Shown here: positions 51,301 through 64,000 of the stretch, piece after piece | Layout: each line of letters starts with the position of its first letter | Position numbering within the stretch: the first letter of the stretch is position 1 | Source of the DNA: Octopus sinensis | Taxonomy: Eukaryota | Direction of reading: 5' to 3' | Length of the DNA: 64,000 bases | Assembly: GCF_006345805.1 (NCBI RefSeq) | Contig: NC_043005.1 | Coordinates: 52,948,001-53,012,000 of the forward strand | Translations under genes and position numbers: made by a program | The notes under the pieces: model-generated | The model's input: only the letters and a program-made list of their open reading frames with translations | What the model was told of the DNA's origin: nothing | The model's database searches: none

Positions 51301-52121
51301 GTAAACAATCTGAGGCCTTGAAGAAAAAAAAACAACAAATATCTTACAAACTATAGACTTTTCTCTTTAAAACCAAGAGAAAAAGATGTTTTATAAAACA
51401 CATTCTACCAGTATACGAAGTTTTAAAATTTTTTAGTTACCTAGAAATTATGTTAAAAACTGCTGTTCAAACCGAAAAGATCCTTTTTCTCATACACCAC
51501 TGAAAAATTCCAATCCTACAACGCTAAAAGGTAAAGTTGAGTTTGATGGGATTTGAACTCAGGAAGTAAAAGAACTCGGAAGTAAATACCACACTGGGCT
51601 TTTTGTCCGACACGCTAGCGATTCTACCAATCCAATCCAAATTCAAATTATATACGAAAGCAAGACAATAGAAAACAAAGAAAAACAAACAAATAAAAAA
51701 TTCCACAAACAGAAGCAAGCAAATAGACGCGTCTATAAACAAACAAAAATAATATGAACAACATTGAATTGAACAGAGGTGAAATATTTTGATTGAAATT
51801 ACAGAAGACATTAAGAGAGCTTGGAATATGTCATGGACTGACGAAAATGTACGTCTGATGATAACACATACTGACAGTCATAGAATATTTTATTTCACCG
51901 TTGTATAAAGTCCTTTACGTAAATTTTTCTTAACTCTGTCTCGTATCTTTACTCACGCACACGCACACACAAACGCACACACACACACAGACACACACGC
52001 ACGCATACACACACACCTGCACATATACATGCACAGATATATACATATAAACACATACTAAAAAATGTATTTTTCCTGTCAATAGATTAGATTTCATGTT
52101 TTGCTGCTAGTAAAACTGTAA

Positions 52122-52161
<40 letters not shown>

Positions 52162-52234
52162 GTGTCCGTGTGTGCGTGTATGTACCTCCGTATATATGTA
52201 TATATGTATATATATATATATATATATGTGTGTA

Positions 52235-52335
<101 letters not shown>

Positions 52336-52775
52336 GTCTGTCTGTCTATCTATATACATACATACATTTATAGTTTTCTTTGTCAATTCTACACAGTTAC
52401 CGTTTCCACAACAACTGTAGTTAAACTAGAAATCATGGGACAAATATTGCTTTCTTCACTTATGCACACACTTATATTATTCACACATACACACACACGT
52501 ACCAAAATTGCATACATACACATACAAGTCGAGAGAACATCTTAATTTGCCCAAAACTGAGACAAACCTATTCTAAATGAAAGTACAACATGAAATATTT
52601 TACGACTTCGGTTCTATGATAATCTATGACGAAATATAGAAATACATGGTTTTTTTTTTTGGCGTATAAAACGCGCTAATTTTAAAACCCAAAATGTGAA
52701 TCTCAAAAGCTGCTTTGGTCCTATATACCCAAAGTATGACTGATTCATATTTTTATTTATATAAAAGGTATACAA

Positions 52776-53067
52776 TAAAAACGTCGCCCTTTTCAAGCCC
52801 AGCCAGGCTCATAGGTCCGGTTTCTCGGTTTCTGTGGCGTAATTGTTCTCCCCAGCTGGACGGGACACCAGTTCATCGCAGCATTACTCGAGAAACAGGA
52901 AGAAAGAGTGAGGGAAAGTTGTGGCGAAAGAGTACAACAGGGGTCGCCATTTGAGCTTTTAGGTGTTTTCGCTCAATAAACGCACACAACGCCCGGTCTG
53001 GGAATCGAAACTGCGATCCTCCGACCGCGAGTCTGCTGTCCTAACCACAAGGCTATTGCGCTTCCAC
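52776..53067 (-). mobile_element. SINE-C-related variant with 13-bp TSD
   Basis: TSD aaaaggtatacaa at 52763-52775 and 53068-53080. Confidence 0.92.
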
Positions 53068-53109
53068 AAAAGGTATACAAACTATATGTAAATATATTTG
53101 AATAAGATT

Positions 53110-53524
53110 GACAGGAGTTGCTGTGTGGTAAGTAGCTTGTTTACGAACCACATGGTTCCGGGTTCAGTCCCACTGCGTGGCATCTTGGGCAAGTGTCTTC
53201 TACTATAGCCTCGGGCCGACCAAAGCCTTGTGAGTGGATTTGGTAGACGGAAACTGAAAGAAGCCCGTCGTATATATCTATATATATGTATGCGCGTGTA
53301 TGTTTGTGTGTCTGTGTTTGTCCCCCTAGCATTGCTTGACAACCGATGCTGGTGTGTTTATTTCCCCATCACTTAGCGGTTCGGCAAAAGTGACCGATAG
53401 ATTAAGTACTGGGCTTACAAAGAATAAGTCCCGGAGTCGAGTTGCTCGATTAAAGGCGGTGCTCCAGCATGGCCGCAGTCAAAATGACTGAAACAAGTAA
53501 AAAGAGAAAAGAGAAAGAGTAGAG
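53110..53524 (+). mobile_element. SINE-B, full length
   Basis: Both modules and (aaaagag) tail. Confidence 0.95.
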
Positions 53525-53624
53525 TTTATTTGAACGTGTTATTTATAATAATTATATTTTTCTTTTAAAAACCATAACACTTTATAATATTCCTTAAAAA
53601 ATATTGTATGCATACATACCTTTA

Positions 53625-54790
53625 TATACGAGGACAATTCAAAAAATATCAGACTTTACTTTTTCCACCAAAACTGATGCCGCGTGGGAAAAGTTCTTTT
53701 GGTGAGAAGTGATGCCACTCCTCCTGCGCACATCAGAAAATTTTCGCGCTGGTAGGCCGCGTCAGTTTCCGGCTGTTACCCTAAGAGTACAGACGTGTAG
53801 TGCGCACTCGTTGGATTTTCGCTCCTACGCCAGCACCTTGAGTGTGAATTTCGCCGACACTCACAGCATACACAAATCCTTCTTTGAAATGGATTGCTCT
53901 GATCTTCTTCTTATTTCCAATTCGTGAGAAATTTCCTGAATTGTTACATGACGGTCTACCATGGCTATTTTCTTCTACTCTTGGCGCAAGGACGAACATT
54001 TTTGAGGAGCGGGGAGCCAGTCGATTAGATCGATCCCAGCACTTAATTTATCGACCCCGAAATTTATCGACCCCTTAATTTATCGACTACACACAGAGAG
54101 GACAAACAAGGACAGACTGACGGATTAAGTCGATTATATCGACCCCAGTGCGTAACCGGTACTTATTTAATCGACCCCGAAAGGATGAAAGGCAAAGTCG
54201 ACCTCGGCAGAATTTGAACTCAGAACGTAAAGATAGACGAAATACCTATTTCTATTTCTTTACTATCCACAAGGGGCTAAACACAGAGGGGACAAACAAG
54301 AACAAACAAACGGATTATGTCTATTACATCGACCCCAGTGCGTGACTGGTACTAAATTTATCGACCCCGAAAGGATGAAAGGCAAAGTCGACCTCAGCGG
54401 AATTTGAACTCAGAACGTAAAGATAGACAAAATACCGCTAAGTATTTCGCTCGGCGTGCTAACGTTTCCGCCAGCTCGCCACCTATTCATCGAACCTTCT
54501 CAGTTGGCCTAAGCGCGCTTTGTTCTCCACTGAGGTGTGGCCATATTTTAAGCAGTTGTGCGTTCCTTGTTTTGAGTTTTGCCCATGGCATCATCGCCAA
54601 AGGCCTGCTGAATGTTCTGCATGCTTTGAGCTTGGGTGTCACCTAAGTTTTGACAAAACTTGATGCGACATGTCTGCTCGATGCGTTCGGGCATCTTGCG
54701 TGCAAACGAAAATCCGACGAGCGCACAATGCACGCTTGTACTCTAGGTGTAACAACCGGGAACTGATAAAAGCCCACCGGCTGATGGGAC
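53625..54790. mobile_element. Two inverted mariner 5' fragments (53625-53900 +; 54485-54790 -) flanking a SINE-A multimer (53986-54483 -)
   Basis: tacgaggacaattcaaaaaatatc TIR; MPERIEQTCRIKFCQNLGDTQ..IQQAFGDDAMG is a mariner N-terminus; shared gtactct.agggtaaca leader in opposite orientations. Confidence 0.8.
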
Positions 54791-55654
54791 TGTAGCTTAA
54801 TTGGCCGAAACTTCGAAGTTACTGTCAATAATATTATAGTTTAAGAATAATACATTAGATTAATGTAAAATTTGTTTTATTATAACTGGACATAAATACA
54901 CACACAAACACGCACGCACACGCACACACGCTCGCACACACACACACACACGCTCGCACACACGCACACACACACACACACGCACACACACACACACACA
55001 CACACAGAGTAATGAATGAGAGTAAAAGAGCATGTAATTATATGGTGGTTGCTGTTTAATCTAGAGTAGAATAAAAGCGTTTTCGTTATCTAAGAATTTC
55101 AGGTCGGACGTTTTTTAGCGAATAAAAAAAATCTTTTTTGAGTGGTTGTCTTAGATGTGAAATGAGCAATACGTTTAACCAAACAAAAGGATCGATGCAA
55201 TTAGCGATGGCAATTTTTATTGGCTACTCGATAGTCTGATATGTGCTTATTGACAAGTTGGATGTGTGGCCGAAAACTGAAGTACCGCATCTTAAACATA
55301 GGGCAACGAATAGTTTGCTTCTTCATTTTGCGTTCTATTTTTTTTTATCCCCACACGACGTATAAGAAAAAAAAAATTGTCGTATACAGCTAAATTCAAA
55401 GAAAATGTGATAATGTAAAAACAAAACACACACAAAAAACAAAAACGAAAACAAAGCATGGAACCGCCAAAAGACATTTTGGTCTTCCGCCAACAGAAAA
55501 AAAATATTCGTCGTTGAATGAAAGCGATAAACGGTTACTGGTGGAATGACGGAAAATGGTAAGACCTCGACTATAAACTATAAGAATGCGTTGTGGAGTA
55601 GAGAAGGCAAAGATTATCCGTTTCTGCAAATATCTTTTATCTTTTTTGTTTTAC

Positions 55655-56150
55655 ATGTTTCACTCACTAGTCTGCAGCCATGCTGGGACACTGCATGAAA
55701 CAAACTCTAGTCGAACGAATCAACCCCAGTACTTGATTTTGTTTTAAGCTCAGTACTTCTTCTATCGTTCTCTATGAAGTTACGGGGACGTAAACACCAG
55801 TTGTCATGCGGTAGAGAGGGATAACGACACGCGCGCCGACACGACACGCGCGCCGACACGACACGCGCGCCGACACGACACGCGCGCCGACACGACACGC
55901 GTACGCGCGCACACACATACACACAAACACACACACACAAACACACACACACAAAGACATGCATGCACACAGACATACGGACATATATATACGACAGGCT
56001 TCTTTCAGTTTCCTATTTCTTTACTGCCCACAAGGGGCTACACACGGGACAAACAAGGACAGAAAACGGATTAAGTCGATTATATCAACCCCAGTGCGTA
56101 ACCTCTTTCAGTTTCCGTCTTCCACATCCACTCACCAGACTTTTAATCGG
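55655..56150 (-). mobile_element. SINE-B carrying a 17-mer minisatellite and a nested 5'-truncated SINE-A (56014-56103)
   Basis: The nested SINE-A has a 13-bp TSD tctttcagtttcc at 56001-56013 and 56104-56116. Confidence 0.88.
55824..55901. repeat. CpG-rich 17-bp minisatellite, 4.6 perfect copies
   Basis: acgacacgcgcgccgac repeated. Confidence 0.96.
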
Positions 56151-56189
56151 TCCGAGTTAAAAAAAAGACCTGTGATAAAAAGAAATAAT

Positions 56190-56440
56190 AAAGTAAGAAA
56201 TCAAATAGTGGTTGTGTTTAATTGGCAAAAGATGACCATTCCCCAAATATAACAATACTTTTGATTCATCTCAAGTAACAAACATGGATAGAACTCCGTT
56301 AGCATTTCATGTTCCAAGCGCTGAAAATGAACTAAAACTATTTCTGTGAAGACTACCGAATATTGAAGAAAATGGTATGAGACAGTGGTATTTGCATCTT
56401 GTATAGATTGATCAAACCCTACCACCATGCGGGCGATGCA
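56190..56440 (+). mobile_element. pogo/Tigger-like DDE transposase fragment
   Basis: NMDRTPLAFHVPS...KTISVKTTEY*RK..TVVFASC.D resembles pogo NMDETP..FD.P...V.IKTTG.EK..TVVL.C.ADG. Confidence 0.65.
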
Positions 56441-56725
56441 ATATCTCATGTGATGGCGCATCGCTCAGTGGTTACAGCGTCGGGTTCACAATCATGAGGT
56501 TGTGAGTTCGATTATCGGACCGGGCTGCGTTTCATGTTCTTGAGGAAGACACTTTTTTTTCACGTTGTTCCACTTCACTCAGCTGTAGAAGTGAGTTGCG
56601 ACGTCACTGATGTCAGGCTGCATCAGCCTTTGCCATTCCCATGGATTACATCGACTAGCCCTTCGCCTAAAATTTCTGGAGTTGTGCTTATAGTAGAAAG
56701 AAATTATTATTATTATTATTATTAC

Positions 56726-56771
<46 letters not shown>

Positions 56772-57246
56772 GAGTGAGAGAGCAGTGCATGCCATCAAAG
56801 TGACACTGGGGTAAAATATACGAAGCCCAATATACCCATCATGACTACCCGTCTGATAAGGGTACACCGGGCACATGCATCACAACCATATGTGCGCGAC
56901 ATGGTGATCTCATACCAAGATAAACAGCACATGACCTTGCAGGTGGGGCCCAGTTAGAATTTTCTTCAGGTTGAGTAGCCCATCCCGCTCAAAATGTCCC
57001 CGAATAAGGGTTGTTTAAGGATGTTGAAAGAACCACCCATGTTTCCAGAGGTGAATTATTCAAACCCCAAAGTATCCCTCTCAACACATGGCTATGATGC
57101 TCCCCCCACTACTTCTGCTCGTGATCAGAGATGCACATATCGTCAGCCACTAAGGGACATGGACAACTGGTTAAGGTCAAACAACTGACAAGCAAATCTG
57201 TGGTATTGAGCAGAATATTTGCTGTAGCCCATCTTTTATACCAAGA

Positions 57247-57247
<1 letters not shown>
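56772..57247. mobile_element. 476-bp unclassified element embedded in an (ATT)n tract
   Basis: Complex GC-balanced sequence with sharp ends, flanked on both sides by long (ATT)n; no ORF of note. Confidence 0.6.
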
Positions 57248-57304
<57 letters not shown>

Positions 57305-57577
57305 GTTATTATTATTATTATTGTGGTTTTTGTTGTTGCTGTTGTAATGTAGGTACACAGCCATCAATTTTAGAGGAAGAGGAGGAAGCGGGGAGTAAGT
57401 CGATACCACCGACCTTATTACTTGAATGGTACTTTATTTTATCGACCCCGGTGGATGAAACATAAAGTTGGCTCCGGAGAGATATGATTTCAAAACGCCT
57501 AAATATTTGGAAGAAATACCGCAGGGAATTGTTTCCGATGCTCAAACGATTCTGATAATCCACCACCTTCAATAATG

Positions 57578-57615
<38 letters not shown>

Positions 57616-57746
57616 CCTTTCTATTATAGGCACAAGGGTTGAAATTTGGGTGAAGGAATAGTCGATTACATTGACCCCGGTACTCAGCGTGCTAACGATC
57701 CTGCCAGCTCACTGCCTTAAGAATAATGATGAAGACGGGTATGATG

Positions 57747-57777
<31 letters not shown>

Positions 57778-58379
57778 TGGCGGTGGTGGCGGTGGCGGTG
57801 ATGGTGATGATAATTTAAAATTTTGGCGCAATGCCAGCAATATCGGTGAAGGAATTAGGTGTTGTTCGACCGGCACTTATTTTCATCGACCCCGAAAAGA
57901 TGAATGACAAAGCTGACCTCGGCGGAATTCAACTCAGAACGTAAAGTCCCATGAAATGCCGCTAATGATTCTGCCAGCGCTCTAACTTAATGAATTATGA
58001 TGATGATGGTCATGATGATGATGATGATGATGACGTCGACAACGACGACGACGACGATGACGATGAAGATGGTAATGATGATGACAATGACGCTAATGAT
58101 GATAATCATGGTGGTAGTGGTTATTGCCATGCTTATCATTATCACAAAACTGCAACCAACAATCAACTAAGGAAGTAAGTCTGGATCTACAGATAGAGAT
58201 CTCACGTGCCAGATCATGTGATATATCTTGACTTCTGAACTAGCCAATGCATCCACAAAACGCATCCAATAAGCAGTAGGACAAGAATGATAACCTCCCA
58301 CCCCTCCCATCACTACAACTAAAACAGCAACAACAACAACAGCAACTACAATGGGATACATTACGATCATCCCTGCCAG

Positions 58380-58452
58380 TTCCAACACAATCACCACCAT
58401 AACAACAACAACAACAGCAACAACAACAATAACAACAACAACAACAACAACA

Positions 58453-58493
<41 letters not shown>

Positions 58494-59053
58494 CACCACC
58501 ACCACCACCACCTCCATCCATCACTACTACCATCCACCGCTACCACTACCACTACCGCCACCACCACCAATAGCACTACCACCACCATATTCATTACAAC
58601 TATGACCATCACCACCATCGCCACTACCACAGCCACCACTACAACCACCAGCACCAGCACCAGCACCACCACCACCATCTCCATCACCAATAGCACTACC
58701 ACGAACATCATCCTTACGACCACCACAGCCACAACCATGACCACTACCAGCATCGCCACCACCACCACCATCACCACCACTACTACCATCACTAGTAGTA
58801 CTACCACCACCACCATAAGCATTATAACCATGACAACCACCACCATCGTCGCTACCCACCAAACCACCACCACCAACACCACCACCGCCACAACCATGAC
58901 CACTACCAGCATCGCCACCACCACCACCATCACCATCACCACTACCATCACCAGTAGTACTACCACCACCATAAGCATTACAACCATGACAACCACCACC
59001 ATCGTCGCTACCCACCAAACTACCACCACCATCACCACCACCACCACCGCCAC
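58380..59053. repeat. Compound ACC/ACT/AAC tract with an about 160-bp higher-order duplication
   Basis: Units at about 58717-58880 and 58881-59040 are near identical. Confidence 0.92.
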
Positions 59054-59413
59054 CTGCAATAGCAACAAGAAAAGCAACAATAATAACTAGAAAAAAGCAA
59101 TAGCAAGAAGAAAAACGACAATTAGTAGAACCTCCTTTAGCAACTCTCGCACCTCCACCAATAGTAACAACAACAACAACAGCTACATAAATATTATATA
59201 AAAACACAAAATGCATAAATAAAGTAACGACACCAGTGAAATAGCTTAAAATATCTGATTTCTATTGTTTTTGTTGTTGTTGTTGGTGTTGCTATTGTTG
59301 TACTTGTAGTTTTTGTTGTGTCTCTTATCTTTAGTTAATCAGTTTATGGCCTCCAGCTCATGTTGGATTAGGAATACTGCACAGATCTTGATACTGCATC
59401 AATACGTTAGCTG

Positions 59414-60728
<1,315 letters not shown>

Positions 60729-61065
60729 AGAAAACGAGATGACAAAAAAGATAAAGATTACATTGCGAGTTTCATTTCCTTACAGCTGTTTCAGCTAAAA
60801 AAAAATGCAGTGGATTCATAAATGAGTGTCTGAGTAGCACCTTACAGCTTCATAAGAATCTGAAACGTGAAGTGCAATTTATTGAGGAAAACAAATTCGT
60901 TTTGTAAGCAAATGAAGTTCATAAGATTATCTTTTTCGTTATTACCGTACTCGACAAATACTTCATTCAGAAACACCCGTACATTGATGTTCAAAACCTG
61001 GTTATTAGTATTGCAATGCATACGCGAAGTTTATATATTCATATATATATACATATACATTCGTA

Positions 61066-61279
61066 GGCGCGGGCGTAGCTGCGTGGCTAGAAACTTACTT
61101 CTCAACCACATGGTTCCGTGTTCAGTCCCACTGCGTGGCACTTGGGCTAGTGCCTTCTACTAAGAAGCATCTGATGTGGCGTGCAAGAGAGGGACGTTTA
61201 CATTGGTATGGTCACGTACTGTGGATGGACAAGGAGAGCTGTGTGAAGAATTGGTAGACGGAAACTGAAAGAAGCCCAT

Positions 61280-61328
<49 letters not shown>

Positions 61329-61540
61329 GTGTGAGTGTGTTTCTGTGTTTGTCCCACCATCGCTTGACGACCGACGTTGGTGCGTTTAAATCCCCGTAAT
61401 TTGGCGGTTCGGCAAAAGAAACCGACAAAATAAGTACTAGGCTTACAAAGAACAAGTCCTCGGGTCGATTTGTTCGACTAAAGGCGGTGCTCCAGCATGG
61501 CAGCAGTAAAATGACTGAATAAAGTAAAAGCATAAAAGAA
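61066..61540 (+). mobile_element. SINE-B with an internal 88-bp RTE LINE fragment (61163-61250)
   Basis: The insert reads SI*CGVQER, frameshift, then RLHWYGHVLWMDKESCVK. Confidence 0.85.
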
Positions 61541-61568
61541 TACACACACACACACACATTGACATATG

Positions 61569-61600
<32 letters not shown>

Positions 61601-61804
61601 CACATACTATCTCATATGCATTCATGTATTTATATAATTAGAGGTACAACTCATTTTTTCCAGCTGAGTGGACTGGAGCAACGTGAAATAGTTTTTTCCA
61701 GGAACACACTACTCCGTGTGAATCGAACTCACGACTTTACGATCGTGAACTGAGTACCCTAAACACTAAACCACGCGCACGTCGTAAAACAGTAGAAAAA
61801 GGTA

Positions 61805-62052
61805 GCTAGTTAGAAAATCTCTATGAGAGATGAATGTAGTAATTATACTATGAAGTAATGTCTGTCGCCAATTCAACGTGGTTGTTCTGTACGAACCGAC
61901 GTTACTACCGTTTCTAACCTGAAGAGGACACCTCTTCCAGCTGGTTATCGACGCAATATTAGGAGTTGTTGTCTTGGGGTTAAAAACAGTAGTAACATCG
62001 GTTCGTACGGAATAGCCATGTTGAAGAGGAAACAAACGTTACTTTATAGTAA
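61805..62052. mobile_element. Foldback MITE (same family as 23268-23478), about 73-bp TIRs
   Basis: actatgaagtaatg...gttactaccgtttctaacc is inverted to ggttaaaaacagtagtaac...cgttactttatagt. Confidence 0.8.
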
Positions 62053-62819
62053 AATATCCTTTGTCAATAACTCAAACCCCTAGAAAGTCATCAGCGGTGT
62101 ATGTGATCGAATAAAACTCCAGACTGGTCTGTGCCTTGTCGTTTGACAGGAATAAATAAAAACGAAATAAATAAACTAGAACATTCTTCCGAATGAAAAG
62201 AAATTTCAGCTGATTCTTTGGAAACGAGGATATATCTAAAGAACCATATTGTCTTTACTCGGGTGATTTTCTTGGAATCAAATTACACCAGACAGATGTG
62301 ACTGACTAAGAACCTAAGCTAGAGTGAATACATCAGATATTGAACCGATATGGCTCGCAGAATGTACTCATGGATCATTAGAATGCTCACAGTTTAAAGA
62401 CCATGATACCATCTTTCTTCAATTCTCTACGTTTGCAAGGTTTCCCCTTAAATACTGTTGCCCACTGTGCTCTCTCTATCCGAAATAAGAAACATTATGA
62501 AAATTTAAGGAACCAAGAGGTCGATCTCATACATACACGCATACACACACATGTTAAACAAATAAACGACATGACATGTCTTAGTTGTTACGATTGCTCA
62601 CAAGGCTCAAACTTTCTTCTATTCAATGTCCGCCGTGAGTGCTACATCATTTGTACAATGCTAATGGAAGATATTCCATAAGCATTGCCAAACGAAGATC
62701 ACAACCAGGGTTCACATGCCAAACTCCACCTCACCTATAAAATCGAGTTCACAACAAAATCGCGATACAATTTGTTTTACATCAATTGATCCTGTTTATC
62801 ATTCTACGTTTTAAAGGCG

Positions 62820-63000
62820 GTGAAGACAGCGAAGACAGCAAGCTGGTAAACTCGTTAGCACGTTGGACAGAATGCTTAGTGGCATTTCGCCCATCTTTAC
62901 GTTCTGTGTTCAAATTCCGTCGAGGCCGACTTTGCCTTTCATCCTTTCGGGGTCAATAAAATAAGTACTAGGTATACACTGGGGGTCCATGTGATCGACT
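62820..63000 (+). mobile_element. SINE-A
   Basis: Head, B-box and central domain. Confidence 0.88.
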
Positions 63001-63156
63001 AGCACCATAGACCACCGACATATTGATACACTATGCCAATCATAAACTTCCTGTTCGAATGGGCTACGTTGTCCGAAAACATGACTAAAGATATGGTCCA
63101 ATTTGGGATTTTAGGCGCGACATGGTCTGGATCAATAATGGCCCAAACCAGTTTCT

Positions 63157-63568
63157 TATTTCTTTATTGCCCACAAGGGGCTAAACAGAGAGGGGACAAA
63201 CAAGGACAAAGGGATTAAGTCGATTACATCGACCACAGTGTGTAACCGGTACTTAATTTATCGACCCCGAAAGGATGAAAGGCAAAGTAGACCACTGCGG
63301 AATTTGAACTCAGAACGTAGCGGTGGACGAAATACCTATTTCTTTACTACCAACAAGGGGCTAAACACAGAGAGGACAAACAAGGACAGACAAACGGATT
63401 AAGTCGATTATATCGACCCCAGTGCATAACTGGTACTTATTAAATCGACACCGAAAGGATGAAAGGCAAAGTCGACCTCGGTGGAATTTGAACTCAGAAC
63501 GTAGCGGCAGACGAACTACTGCTAAGCATTTCGCCCGGTGTGCTAACGTTTCCGCCAGCTCGTTGCCA
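63157..63568 (-). mobile_element. SINE-A dimer with a single 12-bp TSD
   Basis: TSD aaaccagtttct at 63145-63156 and 63569-63580; internal junction at 63336/63337. Confidence 0.95.
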
Positions 63569-64000
63569 AAACCAGTTTCTGTCTGTCTGTCTGCCTGCCT
63601 GCCTATGAATCCGGTTGTCTGTCTATCACTGTATCATCCAGACTATCGTATGCTGTTGTACACCGCCGGTCACAATGCACTTCCTCACATTGTTGTACCT
63701 TTCGAATGACGCCACCCCGTTGGCTAGGCGGGGTGTCGAGCACATTAACCTCTAAACGTACCACCGGTCTGCTGCCTGGTTGCCAACTTATTGACGGATG
63801 AAGATGAACAAAATGAAAAGAAAATGTTTTGGTCAAAAACACAATGCAACACCGGTCGGAGAAACGAAATCACGATCTTGCGATCATCAGTGAAACACCC
63901 TACTCTTTAAGCTACGCTCCTTCATACACACACACACACACACATGCGCGCGCATATATACCCATAAATCAATACATAAATACATATATATATATATATA

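Noticed and set aside
55556-55564. ATG|gtaaga possible plus-strand start exon
   Set aside because: An isolated motif with no downstream exon identified; expected by chance.
60848-61030. Open frames on both strands (LHKNLKREVQFIEENKFV with cag/gtaagc; antisense VLNINVRVFLNEVFVEYG...)
   Set aside because: Plausible small exon but no family recognised and the two strands conflict; needs RNA evidence.

Overview
Eukaryotic, AT-rich, repeat-saturated genomic DNA. The tRNA-derived SINE families and extreme di/tri/tetranucleotide microsatellite load resemble an octopus (coleoid cephalopod) genome; this is inference from remembered repeat sequences, not a search. The only clearly recognisable protein-coding feature is the terminal exon of a divergent HP1/CBX-type gene (chromo shadow domain, 905-1134, +). 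The rest is mostly transposon remnants. There are three main SINE families, which I label A, B and C (dozens of copies, several with exact target-site duplications), decayed mariner, maT/DD37D, pogo and hAT elements, a Helitron MITE, and RTE, R4/Dong-type and Penelope-like retroelement fragments. Almost all ORFs in the supplied track are microsatellite or SINE artefacts. I did not find an intact novel multi-gene system. The best leads are: a 169-bp 97%-identical inverted duplication (37816-38461); a decayed type I hammerhead ribozyme (22764-22826); a CUUGU stem-loop kept across three unrelated SINE-A tails; a SINE-A dimer mobilised as one unit; SINE-B acting as a microsatellite nursery and carrying a captured RTE fragment; a pair of paralogous candidate exons (24.8-26.4 kb); and a Gly-rich candidate exon (58.5-59.1 kb). 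Coordinates of decayed repeats are approximate; TSD-defined ones were counted by hand.
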